DNA of 64,000 nucleotides from Alphaproteobacteria bacterium (GCA_965220745.1 CBDCQT010000013.1:672001-736000); one strand, 5' to 3'. Shown: positions 47,358 through 58,025, numbered from the stretch's first letter. Notes: generated from the sequence alone by a model not told the origin. Numbers and translations: made by a program.

Positions 47358-47708
47358 ATGCCCGGGACGATCAGCAAGCACATCCGCATCGACGAGGAGC
47401 TCTGGAAACGCCTCGAAGTGGCCGCCGGGGAACAGGACATGACCGCCAACCGATTTCTCGCCGAGCTCGCTGAGCAGTGGCTGGAGACGAGGGAGTGGCC
47501 GCAATCCGAGGTGCAGGTCCGCGTCGCGCGCGCCTCTCTCTTCGCCGCACAGGCCATTGCGCTCGACATGATCGCCGCAGGCCGCAAGACCGAGGTCGAC
47601 CAAATCCTCGAGCATGTGGCCACTATCGTTCCCGGCGTCGCTCCCGAACCGTTGGCGGAGAGAGAGGCGGTCTCGCAGAAGCGTGATCCAGAACGGGAAG
47701 ACTCGTGA
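47358..47708 (+). CDS. RHH-like relaxosome accessory protein (element 2)
   Basis: KHIRIDEELWKRLEVAA...TANRFLAELA; mirror position to 28699-29076. Confidence 0.6.
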   Translation: MPGTISKHIRIDEELWKRLEVAAGEQDMTANRFLAELAEQWLETREWPQSEVQVRVARASLFAAQAIALDMIAAGRKTEVDQILEHVATIVPGVAPEPLAEREAVSQKRDPEREDS

Positions 47709-47956
47709 ACCTTGCGCGCCGTCAGCCGTCGACGGCGGGCGCGGTGCTGCCTGGGCTGGCCTACGGACGCGAGAATTCCATCGTCGGCCCGCTCGACTTT
47801 CCCAAAGTCTCGCTTCACATGGTAGAAGGCCCGAGTTCCGGTGCCATTGGGGGGGCTCAAAAACGTGGACGGCATCAAGAATTTCGCGCCTCTTGTCCCG
47901 GCTGCGGCGCCTGCCGTTGGCGGCCTTCTTGAGCGACTTCGACCGCTGCATGGCTC

Positions 47957-48790
47957 ATGACTGCTGAAGACCGCTCGGCCAGCGGTGCGTCGAACGCCTC
48001 GACGCCGGCAGCAGCGGCACCGGGAAACAGGTTTCTGCCGGGCGTTCCGGGCGCCGACATCGAGCGAATCATCGACGCTGCGCCGGGCAACGAGATCGCC
48101 AGCGGCAAGTTCGACAGCCCGGAGTCCTCCGCTGCGCTCGCCGCCAACGCCTTCGGCCTTTTTCTCCACCGGCCGCAAATGCTACCGGCTTTGCCCGGCT
48201 GCAAGAGCTTGTCATGGCCCGCCCGCTCTCTGTCGATCGAACAGACCGTGCGTTTTCCGTGGCGCGGCGGCCGCCGTCCGGTTCTGGACTGTCTCGTGTT
48301 CACGCCCTCCGCTCTCATCGGCATCGAGTCCAAGCGCTTCGAGCCCTATCGCGGCGGCAAGCCCGCAGAATTCAGCGACGCCTACTGGCGTCCGGTCTGG
48401 GGAGACCGCATGAAGGGATTCGAACGAGTGCGGGATCGGCTTCGCGAGAGCCCACGTCTGTTCGACTTTCTTGATGCGGCGCAACTGGTCAAGCATGCCC
48501 TCGGTCTGCGTTCCGAAGTTCACGGACCGGGCGGACATCGCGGCCTTCTCCCCGTCCTTTACTACGTCTACGCGGAACCTGCCTGCTGGCCCAGAACCGG
48601 GCAGCGCGTCGACATCGCCGCCGTTGCCGCGCACCGGGAGGAGATTGCCCGCTTCGCAGGGCTCGTAGAGGGCGACGAAGTGGCCTTCGTGCCTTGCACC
48701 TACCGGCGTCTGCTGGAGGCGTGGAAGCACGACCGCGGGGAGGAAGTCGCAGCCCATGCGGAAGCAGTGGAGGTGCGCTATTCGCCCTGA
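47957..48790 (+). CDS. PD-(D/E)xK putative restriction-like nuclease (PGN_0703-like)
   Basis: SSAALAANAF, IEQ.VRFPW, LDCLV, IGIESKRFEP, DAAQLVKHALG. Confidence 0.65.
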   Translation: MTAEDRSASGASNASTPAAAAPGNRFLPGVPGADIERIIDAAPGNEIASGKFDSPESSAALAANAFGLFLHRPQMLPALPGCKSLSWPARSLSIEQTVRFPWRGGRRPVLDCLVFTPSALIGIESKRFEPYRGGKPAEFSDAYWRPVWGDRMKGFERVRDRLRESPRLFDFLDAAQLVKHALGLRSEVHGPGGHRGLLPVLYYVYAEPACWPRTGQRVDIAAVAAHREEIARFAGLVEGDEVAFVPCTYRRLLEAWKHDRGEEVAAHAEAVEVRYSP

Positions 48791-48796
48791 CCGCTC

Positions 48797-49669
48797 TCAG
48801 GCGGTCGAATTCATGGGCTCGCTGCGGTCCACCACCTTCTCGGCCGTGCCCACAATCAGCGGGTCCGGCCCTGTTACCACCGCGGGATCACGGTCCGAAT
48901 AGGGCAGGTTGGTGAGAAAGTGCTGCATGCACGCGAGCCGCGCGCGCTTCTTGTCGTCGGACTTGATCACCGTCCACGGCGCGTCGGCGGTGTCGGTGTA
49001 GAAGAACATCGCCTCCTTGGCCTGCGTGTAGGCGTCCCACTTGTCCAGTGAGGCAAGGTCGATGGGCGAGATCTTCCACTGCTTCAGCGGATCGGTCTTC
49101 CGGCTCTCGAACCGGAGCGCCTGCTGCTCCTGGGAAACCGAGAACCAGTATTTGAACAGACGGATGCCGCTGCGCACCAGCATCCGCTCGAGCTCGGGAC
49201 ACTGGCGCATGAACTCCAGGTATTCCGAGCCGGTGCAGAAGCCCATCACGCGCTCCACACCGGCGCGGTTGTACCAGGAGCGGTCGAACAGGACGACCTC
49301 GCCCGCTGCCGGCAGGTGTCGGACGTAGCGCTGGAAATACCATTCGCCGCGTTCGCGGTCGCTGGGCTTTTCCAGAGCCACCACGCGGGCGCCGCGCGGG
49401 TTCAGGTGTTCCATGAAGCGCTTGATCGCGCCGCCCTTGCCGGCCGCGTCCCGTCCCTCGAAGAGGACGACCACCTTCTCGCCGGATTCCCTCACCCAGT
49501 GCTGCGCCTTGAGCAGCTCGATCTGGAGCCCGGCCTTGAGGCGCTCGTACTCGGCTCGCTTCATGCGGTTCGCGTAGGGGTAGATCCCTTCCCGAAACAC
49601 CCGCACAGGGTCTGCCGCGGCCGCTCCCTCCGGCCCCGTTCCGTTTCCCCTTGTCGTTCCTTCCTGCAT
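48797..49669 (-). CDS. ppk2: Polyphosphate kinase 2
   Basis: FEGRDAAGKGGAIKR, WYFQRY, LFDRSWYNRAGVERVMGFC, SDDKKRAR. Confidence 0.95.
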   Translation of the reverse strand: MQEGTTRGNGTGPEGAAAADPVRVFREGIYPYANRMKRAEYERLKAGLQIELLKAQHWVRESGEKVVVLFEGRDAAGKGGAIKRFMEHLNPRGARVVALEKPSDRERGEWYFQRYVRHLPAAGEVVLFDRSWYNRAGVERVMGFCTGSEYLEFMRQCPELERMLVRSGIRLFKYWFSVSQEQQALRFESRKTDPLKQWKISPIDLASLDKWDAYTQAKEAMFFYTDTADAPWTVIKSDDKKRARLACMQHFLTNLPYSDRDPAVVTGPDPLIVGTAEKVVDRSEPMNSTA

Positions 49670-50149
49670 GTCGGGCCTCACTTCGGGATAGATATGCGAC
49701 GGCTCGCCAATGTCCGTCTCGGGCTGGCGACGATCTCCCTCGTCGCTGACGCAATTGTCATCGTCGGCCTCTTCCCTGCTGCCGTCCCGGCGCACGGCGA
49801 TGGAGCAACGGCAGGCGTGTCCGGGGCCGACGAGACAGCCGCTTCACCGATTACCATTTTTTGCTGCGCGGGTTTATGTCCGCAGGACGATTGCGGCGGC
49901 GGCGGCGAATCAACCATACAGCCATCGCGAGCACGTAGCACGCGGCGAGCAATGCGCCACCGGCGATCAATTCGGACGAGGCAGGGTCGAGCGGCACAGT
50001 GCCGCACCTATATCAGAGCGATTGCTTTCGAACCATCAACCTGACCAAGCGGACAACGGTGGGGTGCCCTCGACGAACGCGCGGTACTTGACGACAACCT
50101 CGTGCTCTCAGCCGGCGGACGCAGTGCGTCTCGCCAAGGGACCGCGACG

Positions 50150-50560
50150 AGTTCACCCATCCTGCCCGAGACATCGGTCGGCCCGCGATGGTGGAGAACA
50201 TCGCGGACGGCATTCGCGCGGCGATGGCCGACGCGGGGACCGGCGATCCGGCGGACGTCCACTACGTCCAGACCAAGACGCCGCTGCTCACCATCGACAT
50301 GGTGCGGGACGCGCACGCGCGCTGAGACCTTGGCCGAGGTGGTCCGTGAATTGATGGGGGTTGGCGCACCAATGGCACCATCGGGCTCGGCATCGCGGTC
50401 GTGCTTGGCGAAGTCGCCATGCCCTGGGCCGACGAAATCTGCCACAGCGTCGACCTCTGCTCATCGATCGCCTCGTGCTCGTCGGGCGTGGAACTCGACC
50501 GCGGGAAGATCGCCCTCTTCGGCAATGCGCCGGGGGTCGGCGGGCGCTTCCGCATCGTCC
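50150..50560 (+). pseudogene. Ring-opening amidohydrolase (barbiturase-like) remnant
   Basis: [25 protein letters not shown] followed by a stop; in another frame [13 protein letters not shown]...[13 protein letters not shown]...[12 protein letters not shown]. Confidence 0.75.
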
Positions 50561-50564
50561 CAGA

Positions 50565-51206
50565 TCAAGGGCGGACGCAACATCCATCCAGTATGACTCG
50601 GGTCATCGTCTCGGCTGCGGTGTCGAAGTCATTTCTCGTGAGCCGTCGCTGCCTGAGCACGTCGGCGGCCAACATCCCGAAGTCCGCATAGAACTGGGTC
50701 GCGGACCACAGCACGATGAAGAAGTGGCGCGGGTCCACCGGCGCCATCTTCCCGAGGCGGATCCACTCCTCCACCACATGGGCGCGCTGGTCAGTGACCT
50801 CGCGAATGTGCTGGCGCTGGCGCCGCTCCAGGAACTGCGCGCCGCGCAGGATCTCGTTGGCGAAGAAGCGGGATTCCGTAGCGTGGCGGCGTGAATACTC
50901 GAGCTTCGCGCGAATGTAGGCAGCGATGGCCTCGCGCGGTTCGCGCTCGGACACAATGTGCTCGAAGGCTCGGTCCCATTCCTCGATCAGGCGCTCGATA
51001 ACCGCCGCGTAGATGCTCTCCTTGGTCGGAAAGTAGTAGTAGACGTTGGTCTTCGGCAGGCCGCTGACCCGGGCGATCTCCTTCATGTGCGTGCCGTGAA
51101 AGCTCTTGTCGGCAAAAAGGCCGACGGCGGCGCGCAGGATCTTTTCCTCGTTCCGGGCCCGGATACGCGGCGTCCCCCCCGCATCTTCTCGCTTCGTTTT
51201 CGTCAT
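50565..51206 (-). CDS. TetR-family regulator, RutR-like
   Basis: [60 protein letters not shown]. Confidence 0.85.
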   Translation of the reverse strand: MTKTKREDAGGTPRIRARNEEKILRAAVGLFADKSFHGTHMKEIARVSGLPKTNVYYYFPTKESIYAAVIERLIEEWDRAFEHIVSEREPREAIAAYIRAKLEYSRRHATESRFFANEILRGAQFLERRQRQHIREVTDQRAHVVEEWIRLGKMAPVDPRHFFIVLWSATQFYADFGMLAADVLRQRRLTRNDFDTAAETMTRVILDGCCVRP

Positions 51207-51296
51207 GCCTGTGCCCCACCTCACACTACAACTTTCTGCGCTATCGCGGCCGGCCTCAGTCTAACCCCGCTCGGCTGTTGCCGGGCCAGAAATTAC

Positions 51297-51346
51297 TTGA
51301 CGTGCGTGTCACGTTGCCAGATCGTGAAACATGACATTGGTGTCAG
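51297..51346. promoter_or_regulatory. Two candidate RutR-type operators
   Basis: TTGAC-gtgcgt-GTCAC (51297-51312) and ATGAC-attggt-GTCAG (51331-51346) in the divergent promoter region. Confidence 0.55.
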
Positions 51347-51375
51347 GTCCTGACGCATTGGAGCGGTCGGACGCC

Positions 51376-52230
51376 ATGGCGATGCAACTCAGAGCGGCGC
51401 TCCGGGAGTCGCTCGACGGCTGGCAGGAAGACATCGCCTCTCCCTGGCGTGATGTCGTCGGCGATGTCGCGCTGGGTTTCGACGATATGGACCCCGCGCT
51501 CGAGCTCGAACCCTGGGAGCCGATCTTTCCCGCCCGGCGGGGCCGGACCTTTCCCGGCGCGCCGGCGGACGCGCACATGCTCCGCGCCTTCGACGGCATT
51601 GTGCCAGAGGATGTGCGCTGCGTGATCCTGGGTCAGGATCCCTATCCCTGCCCCGCCTTTTCGACCGGGCGGGCCTTTGAGGCCGGCAACGTTTCCCACT
51701 GGCGGGAGCTCGACAAGATGTTCTCCCCAAGCGTGCGCGCGGTCATCCAGCTCATCGTCGGCGCGCGCACGGGCGAGATTCACTACGCCCGGAGCTTCGC
51801 GCAGTGGCCGGCGACGCTGGCTGCCATCGAAGCCGGCGCGGTCGACTTGGAAGCGCCCTCTGCCCTCGCCGACCACTGGGTGAAGTCCGGTGTATTGCTC
51901 CTCAACACCTCGCTCACGCTGACGCGCTTCCGGCGGGAGGGCGATCCCCACCAGATGCGCGGGCACCTGCCGCTCTGGCGGCCGTTCATGGTGCGGGTGC
52001 TCGATCATCTCGCGCGGAGAAGAACGCCGGTCGTTTTCCTGGGCTTCGGCGGTGCGGCGTCTGAGACCCTCGCGGCAGTGGGCCTCAGTGAGGCAAGTGC
52101 GGGCACTGACCAGCGCGTCATCCTCCGCCCGCACCCGGCCGCTGCCGATGCCGTGCTGATGCCGGAGAACCCGTTCACGCTTTGCAACCGGCGCCTCCAG
52201 GCGATAGGCGCAGACCCGGTGGACTGGTAG
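51376..52230 (+). CDS. Uracil-DNA glycosylase family 1-like protein, atypical
   Basis: VRCVILGQDPYP, GRAF, SGVLLLNTSLT, PVVFLGFG, PHPAA; start could be 51331. Confidence 0.8.
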   Translation: MAMQLRAALRESLDGWQEDIASPWRDVVGDVALGFDDMDPALELEPWEPIFPARRGRTFPGAPADAHMLRAFDGIVPEDVRCVILGQDPYPCPAFSTGRAFEAGNVSHWRELDKMFSPSVRAVIQLIVGARTGEIHYARSFAQWPATLAAIEAGAVDLEAPSALADHWVKSGVLLLNTSLTLTRFRREGDPHQMRGHLPLWRPFMVRVLDHLARRRTPVVFLGFGGAASETLAAVGLSEASAGTDQRVILRPHPAAADAVLMPENPFTLCNRRLQAIGADPVDW

Positions 52231-52233
52231 GCG

Positions 52234-53892
52234 ATGCCATACGCGCCCTCCTTCGACTACATCGTCGTTGGCGCAGGCTCGGCGGGATGCGTGCTCGCCA
52301 ACAGGCTCTCGGCCGATCCCGACCGCTCGGTGCTGCTGGTCGAGGCAGGCGGAAAGGACCGCAATCCCCTGTTCCGCCTGCCGATGCTGATGGGCAGGCT
52401 GTTCCACTCCGGCATCTACAACTGGCGCTATCACACCGAGCCGGTGCCGAGCCTGGACGGCCGCTCGCTTTACTGGCCGCGCGGCAAGGTGCTCGGCGGC
52501 TCGTCCACCATCAACGGCATGATCTACGTGCGCGGCAATCGCCACGACTACGACCGCTGGGCCCAGATGGGTTTCACCGGCTGGTCCTATGACGATGTGC
52601 TCCCGGCCTTCTGCCGCTCCGAAGGGCACGCGGAGCGGGACGGGGCCTATCACGGAGGTAAGGGTGAGTTGACCGTCTGCCGAGCGCGCAGCGCCAATCC
52701 GCTCTTCGACGTGTTCGTCCAGGCGGGCCGCGAGGCCGGACATCCCGTCAGCGACGACTTCAACGGGGCCGAGCAGGAGGGCTTCGGCCGGTACGACTTC
52801 ACCATCAGGCGGGGCAAGCGCTGCTCCGCATCGACTGCCTTCCTCAACCCGATTCGAAATCGGCGCAACCTGTCCATCGCCACCGGAAGCCTCGTCCGCC
52901 GCGTGGTCGTCGACGGCAGCCGCGCGACCGGGGTCGAGGTCGCTGGCGGCGCCGACGTCCGCACCATCCGCGCGGCGAGCGAGGTCATTCTCTGCGCCGG
53001 CACGGTCAACACGCCCCAGCTCCTCATGCTCTCGGGCATCGGGCCCGGCGACGATCTGAAGCGGTACGGTATCGACGTGATCCACGAGCTCCCCGGCGTC
53101 GGCCGCAACCTGCAGGATCACGTGGACTGCGTTCTCTCGTACGCGTGCACGAAGCCGGTCACCCTCTATCGCGAGCTCCGGGTAGACAGGATGATCCTCT
53201 CGGTGGCCGAGGGGCTGCTCTTCGGCCGCGGCATCGCTACCACCTTCCCTTACGAGGCGGGCGCCTTCCTCAAGTCCCGGCCGGAAAGGGTGACGCCGGA
53301 CATCCAGGTGCACTTTATGCCGGCGCTGGAGAAAGCGGCGAACCTGCACTTTCCCAAGCCCTTCAGGAAGCCACCGCTTGAGGAGACCCACGGCTTCTCC
53401 ATGCGCGTGGGCCCGGTCAACCCCGAGAGCAAGGGCTGGATCGGCCTGCGTTCCGCCGATCCTGCCGATGCGCCGCTGATCCAACCCAACTATCTGCAGA
53501 GCGAGGCCGACTGCCGCACGACCATCGCCGGTATCCGCATGGTGCGCGACGTGGTGGCGCAGCCTGCCTTCGACACCTATCGCGGCCCCGAGCTTGCGCC
53601 CGGCGAGGCTATGCAGAGCGACGAGGAGTTGACCCGCTGGCTCCGCACCAACGCCATGACCACGTTCCATCCCGTCGGCACCTGCCGCATGGGCACGGAC
53701 CCGCTGGCAGTGGTGGACGCGCGACTCGCAGTACACGGCATCAAGGGGCTCAGGGTCGCCGATGCGTCCGTCATGCCCGTCATCACGAGCGGCAACACCA
53801 ACGCGCCCGCCATCATGATCGGCGAGAAGGCAGCCGAGTTCATTCTCCGCCCGGACCAAGCCCACGCGTCATTGGAAGGGAATCAGCAATGA
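52234..53892 (+). CDS. GMC-family FAD oxidoreductase (choline dehydrogenase-like)
   Basis: DYIVVGAGSAGCVLANRLS, PRGKVLGGSSTINGMIYVRG, VGRNLQDH, FHPVGTCRMG, SGNTNAPAIMIGEK. Confidence 0.95.
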   Translation: MPYAPSFDYIVVGAGSAGCVLANRLSADPDRSVLLVEAGGKDRNPLFRLPMLMGRLFHSGIYNWRYHTEPVPSLDGRSLYWPRGKVLGGSSTINGMIYVRGNRHDYDRWAQMGFTGWSYDDVLPAFCRSEGHAERDGAYHGGKGELTVCRARSANPLFDVFVQAGREAGHPVSDDFNGAEQEGFGRYDFTIRRGKRCSASTAFLNPIRNRRNLSIATGSLVRRVVVDGSRATGVEVAGGADVRTIRAASEVILCAGTVNTPQLLMLSGIGPGDDLKRYGIDVIHELPGVGRNLQDHVDCVLSYACTKPVTLYRELRVDRMILSVAEGLLFGRGIATTFPYEAGAFLKSRPERVTPDIQVHFMPALEKAANLHFPKPFRKPPLEETHGFSMRVGPVNPESKGWIGLRSADPADAPLIQPNYLQSEADCRTTIAGIRMVRDVVAQPAFDTYRGPELAPGEAMQSDEELTRWLRTNAMTTFHPVGTCRMGTDPLAVVDARLAVHGIKGLRVADASVMPVITSGNTNAPAIMIGEKAAEFILRPDQAHASLEGNQQ

Positions 53893-54215
53893 TCGTCGAG
53901 CATCGCACCTACACGTTCCGTCCCGGCACGGTGGAGGGCTGGCTCAGGAAGTACGAGGCGGAGGGCCTGCCGATCCAGCGGCGCCATCTCGGCCGTCTGA
54001 TCGGCGTCTACGTCTCCGAGATCGGCCGGCTGCACCGGGTCGTCCTGATCTGGGCTTACGAAAGCCTGGCCGACCGCGAGCGGCGCCGCGCCGCGATGGG
54101 CGCGGACCCCGCGTGGCAGGCGTTCATCCAGTCAGTCTGGGCTCTGGACGCGATCCAGGAGCAGGACGTGATGGTGATGAACCCCGCGCCATGCTCGCCG
54201 CCCATCGGCGATTGA
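53889..54215 (+). CDS. NIPSNAP-family protein
   Basis: EHRTYTFRPG, SEIGRLHRVVLIWAYESLADRERRR..DPAW. Confidence 0.9.
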   Translation: MIVEHRTYTFRPGTVEGWLRKYEAEGLPIQRRHLGRLIGVYVSEIGRLHRVVLIWAYESLADRERRRAAMGADPAWQAFIQSVWALDAIQEQDVMVMNPAPCSPPIGD

Positions 54216-54292
54216 ATGGTCCGCTGGTGAGGGCCTGACAACGAATTCCAGCCGGGCGCAAGGGGCGCCCGCGGGAGAAGAGGAGAAACGCC

Positions 54293-55366
54293 ATGTCGAA
54301 CAAACCGAATGCGAATGGCCCAGGCGCGCCGCTCGCGCGCCTCAGTCGCCGCAGGTTCCTGGCGGCTACCGCCGGAGTCTCGGCGGTCGTTGGGGCGAGT
54401 ACCACGTTTCCGCTCGCAGCGCGCGCGGACGCTGGTCTGGTCGCCCTGGTCCACACCCAGGCGGCCGGCGACAGCGGTCCCATCGATTCCATGATGGGCC
54501 GACTCAACCAGCTCTCTGAGGCGCAAGGCTTCGAGACCCGCGCCATCTACGCGCAGGACCCGGCCACTTACGAGACGGTGCTGCGCACCCTCGGCGATGC
54601 GGGCGCCTCCATCGTGTTGGGCACCTTCCCGGTCATCTCCGAGGCCTTCAAGGCGGTGGCGCCGCTCTATCCCGACACCAGGTGGATCCAGCTCTTTGGC
54701 GACGCCGTCGACCCGCCAATCGCGAACCTGGTGACGGTCTCCTACGATTACTATCTCGGCTGCTACCTGTCGGGCATCTTTGCCGCGCACGTCTCGCAGT
54801 CGAAGCAGATCGGCTTCATCGGCGGCATCAGCATTCCGCCGATCAACGCCGACTTCAACGCGCTCCAGGCAGGCGTGCACGCGGTCGATCCCGAGGCCAG
54901 CGTTACCGCCGCCTTCGCGGGCTCCTTCCAGGACCCGGCCAAGGGCTACGAGATCGCGAGCCAGATGTTCCTGGACGGGATCGACTACATCCAGACCGAT
55001 TCTGCCGCGACCGACGGCGGCATTATCCAGGCGGCCAACGAGCGCGAGGGCGCCATGGTCAGCGCGCTCGATCCGGCCCAGTACCCTCTCGGACCCGCCT
55101 CCGTGATCGGCGTGGTCAGCCTCGACTTCGGCCAGTCGCTCCATAACGAGACCAGCGCAGCGCTTGGCGCCGACTGGCAGGGCGGGCGGCATGTGCCGAC
55201 CGGCCTTGGCAGCGGCGTCATCGACTTCCTCCGGTCTCCGCTCTATCGGGAGCAGGGGCCTGCGGCTATCGTCGCCCGGTCCGACGAGGCGTGGCCTGCG
55301 GTCGAAGCGGCGCGGGCGGGCATCCTCGACGGATCGGTTTCGGTGCCGTTCAACACGGAGCTCTGA
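54293..55366 (+). CDS. BMP-family (nucleoside) ABC transporter substrate-binding protein, Tat-exported
   Basis: SRRRFL Tat motif; YLSGIFAA, IGFIGG, AGSFQDPAKGYEIA. Confidence 0.85.
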   Translation: MSNKPNANGPGAPLARLSRRRFLAATAGVSAVVGASTTFPLAARADAGLVALVHTQAAGDSGPIDSMMGRLNQLSEAQGFETRAIYAQDPATYETVLRTLGDAGASIVLGTFPVISEAFKAVAPLYPDTRWIQLFGDAVDPPIANLVTVSYDYYLGCYLSGIFAAHVSQSKQIGFIGGISIPPINADFNALQAGVHAVDPEASVTAAFAGSFQDPAKGYEIASQMFLDGIDYIQTDSAATDGGIIQAANEREGAMVSALDPAQYPLGPASVIGVVSLDFGQSLHNETSAALGADWQGGRHVPTGLGSGVIDFLRSPLYREQGPAAIVARSDEAWPAVEAARAGILDGSVSVPFNTEL

Positions 55367-55401
55367 TCGCACTCGCGGACCAGGAGGCGCTCTCGGCACG
55401 G

Positions 55402-56982
55402 ATGACAGACGCGGACCCGCCGGCCCTCAGTTGTCGCGGGATTCGGGTCACATACGGCGAGGTGACGGCGCTCGCCGACCTCGATATCGCCTTCGCGCGT
55501 GGCGCCATCCACGCCGTGGTCGGCCAGAACGGCGCCGGCAAGACGACCTTCGCTCGCGTCGCGGCGGGTCTTGTCCGGCCCGACGCGGGCTCTCTTGCCA
55601 TCGACGGGAGCCCCTTGCGGCTCGGTCGGGTCGCGGGGGCGCGTGCGGCGGGGGTCGAACTCGTTCACCAGAGCTTCGCGCTGCCGCCCTCGTTCACTGT
55701 GGCCGAGGCACTGGAGTTCGGCGCTGGCGGTGGCATCGGCCTCTACGGCCGCCGGCAACTGTTGAGGCGTTGCCGCGAGCGGCTCACAGACCTCGATCTC
55801 GACGTCGATCCGCGCCGGCGTATTCGCGACCTGCCGGTGGAAGCGCAGCAGGGCGTTGAGATCGCCCGCGCGCTGGTAACCGACGCGCGTGTGCTCATCC
55901 TGGACGAGCCGACCGCTGTGCTGCCTCCGGCCGGCATCGAGGCGCTGTTCGAGCGTATCCGCAGACTCAAGCGGCATGGGGTCACGGTTATCCTGATCCT
56001 GCACAAGCTGCGCGAAGTGATGGCGGTCGCCGACACGATCTCCGTCCTTCGTGGCGGCCGGCTGGTCGCGGGGCCCGTCCCCCGCGACCGGGCAGACGAG
56101 AGGCGCATCGCCGAGATGATCGTCGGCCAAGCCGCGGCGGGTTCCGTCAGCGCCGACGATGCCCGGGCGCTCGTGGGGGCGGCGCCGGTTCGTGGCGCGG
56201 CCGCCCGGGATACAAGCGCCTCTGCGGCGCTCGACTCTCACGAATCGGTCCTCGAACTGGCGGACGTGAGCACGGTGAAAGAGCCGGAAGAGCCACCGTT
56301 GGATCGGGTGTCGCTGCTAGTCAGGCCAGGAGAGATCGTCGGCGTCGCCGGGGTTCAGGGCAACGGTCAACGGACGTTGGTGCAGGCGATCGCCGGCCTC
56401 GCCGACACCACGGGCGGAGACATCCACCTGGGTGGCACGCGCGTGAGCCGCTTGAGCCCCGTCTCCCGCCGTGCCCTCGGGCTGCGTGTTATTCCCTTCG
56501 AGCGCAACAGCGAGGGACTCAGCCTCACCAGCGCGCTGTGGGAGAACTGGTCCGTCCGCGAGCTTCTCCAAAAGCCGCTGTTCAGTTTCGTCGATCCGTC
56601 CGCCCTGCGGCTGCGTTGCGATGAAGCGCTACGGACCTGGGGCGTGCGCTATGCGTCCGCGACCCAGAACGCCGGCGCCCTCTCCGGCGGCAACGCGCAG
56701 AAGGTAATTCTGGCGCGGGAAATCGATAAAGACGCGCGCCTCATCGTCGCCGCGCAGCCCGCGCGCGGGCTCGATATCGGTGCCACCGCTTTCGTCTGGT
56801 CGGCGCTGCGCGAGGCGGCCGGACGAGGCTGCGGCGTGTTGCTGATCTCCTCTGACCTCGACGAGCTGTTCGACATCAGCCACCGCCTGGTGGTGATGCT
56901 CTCGGGCCGTGTCGTCGCAGAGTTCGTCCCGCCCTACGACATCGGGGCGGTGGGCCGCGCCATGACCGGGGCGTCCGCGTGA
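55402..56982 (+). CDS. Nucleoside/sugar ABC transporter, duplicated ATPase
   Basis: GQNGAGKTT, ILDEPTAVL, GVAGVQGNGQ, LSGGNAQK, RGLDIGA. Confidence 0.9.
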   Translation: MTDADPPALSCRGIRVTYGEVTALADLDIAFARGAIHAVVGQNGAGKTTFARVAAGLVRPDAGSLAIDGSPLRLGRVAGARAAGVELVHQSFALPPSFTVAEALEFGAGGGIGLYGRRQLLRRCRERLTDLDLDVDPRRRIRDLPVEAQQGVEIARALVTDARVLILDEPTAVLPPAGIEALFERIRRLKRHGVTVILILHKLREVMAVADTISVLRGGRLVAGPVPRDRADERRIAEMIVGQAAAGSVSADDARALVGAAPVRGAAARDTSASAALDSHESVLELADVSTVKEPEEPPLDRVSLLVRPGEIVGVAGVQGNGQRTLVQAIAGLADTTGGDIHLGGTRVSRLSPVSRRALGLRVIPFERNSEGLSLTSALWENWSVRELLQKPLFSFVDPSALRLRCDEALRTWGVRYASATQNAGALSGGNAQKVILAREIDKDARLIVAAQPARGLDIGATAFVWSALREAAGRGCGVLLISSDLDELFDISHRLVVMLSGRVVAEFVPPYDIGAVGRAMTGASA

Positions 56983-58025
56983 GCGGCATCAGCATCCGCG
57001 CGGGCGCGGTGGTCCGCACGCTCGCTTTCATCGTGCTGGCGCTCGCGCTCTGCGGCGTCGTCTTCGAGCTCGCCGGCTACTCGGCGCTCCTGATGCTCGA
57101 AAGCGTCGTCGAGGGCGGCTTCCTGCGCGCGGGCGGATGGGCGCAGAGCCTGCGTTGGGCGCTCCCCCTCTTCATCACCGCGACCGGCGTCGCGATCTCA
57201 TTCCGCTGCGGCTTCTTCAATATCGGTGCACAGGGCCAGTTCTACGTGGGCGCCATCTGCGCCGCCTTCGTCGCCGATGTTCTCGGCGGCGCCCCGGCCG
57301 CCCTCGTGCTGCCGACGACCTTTCTCGCCGGCATGACGGGCGGCGCGCTCTGGGCGCTCTGGCCGGGATATCTCAGGCTCCGCTCGGGCACTGACGAAGT
57401 CATCACGACGCTGATGGGCAATTTCATCGCAGCGCTCGCGTTGGTCTACGTCACCTCCGGCCCGCTCAAGGACCCCTCCGGCACCGGCCAGCAGGCGGCG
57501 AGCCCGCTACTGCCGGCGGCCTATCGCATCAGCGATTCCCAGGGTATCTCGCCCGCCATCATCGGCATCGCAGCCGCCGTCGCGCTCGCCATGTGGGTCC
57601 TGGTCAACCGCACGCCTTTCGGCATGCTGGCGAGCCTGGCCGGGCGGAACCCGACCATGGTGCGCTTTCAGGGTGCGCGCCTCTGGACCCTGGGACTTTC
57701 GAGCTTCCTCATCAGTGGCGGGCTGGCCGGGCTCGCAGGTACCATCGAGCTTCTCGGCCCGACCGGGCGCATCGCGAGCGGCTTTTTGCCCGGCCACGGC
57801 TTCACCGCAGTGCTGATCGCGCTGGTCGCGAACCTCTCGGTGCTCGCGACTGCGGTCGTCAGCATGTTCTTCGGCGGCCTTGCGTCGGCTGCGCTCTACC
57901 TGCCGATCCTCGCCGGCCTACCGGCCGCTGCCATCGACATCTTCAATGCCTCCGTCGCGCTCTTCATCACCGCGAAGTCGGGATTGCTGGACCGCCTGCT
58001 GCGGGCAGCGAGGCTCCCCACATGA
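56979..58025 (+). CDS. ABC transporter permease
   Basis: FNIGAQGQFYVG, EVITTLMGN, GFTAVLIAL. Confidence 0.9.
   Translation: MSGISIRAGAVVRTLAFIVLALALCGVVFELAGYSALLMLESVVEGGFLRAGGWAQSLRWALPLFITATGVAISFRCGFFNIGAQGQFYVGAICAAFVADVLGGAPAALVLPTTFLAGMTGGALWALWPGYLRLRSGTDEVITTLMGNFIAALALVYVTSGPLKDPSGTGQQAASPLLPAAYRISDSQGISPAIIGIAAAVALAMWVLVNRTPFGMLASLAGRNPTMVRFQGARLWTLGLSSFLISGGLAGLAGTIELLGPTGRIASGFLPGHGFTAVLIALVANLSVLATAVVSMFFGGLASAALYLPILAGLPAAAIDIFNASVALFITAKSGLLDRLLRAARLPT

Noticed and set aside
51935-51955. gagggcgatcccc in the UNG-like gene and at 22478 in traD as family A copies
   Set aside because: Single partial matches encoding EGDP; the traD one is present in both paralogues with no indel, so probably chance.
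52234-53892. betA assignment
   Set aside because: GMC motifs are generic; there is no betB/betI context and the neighbours point to another substrate.
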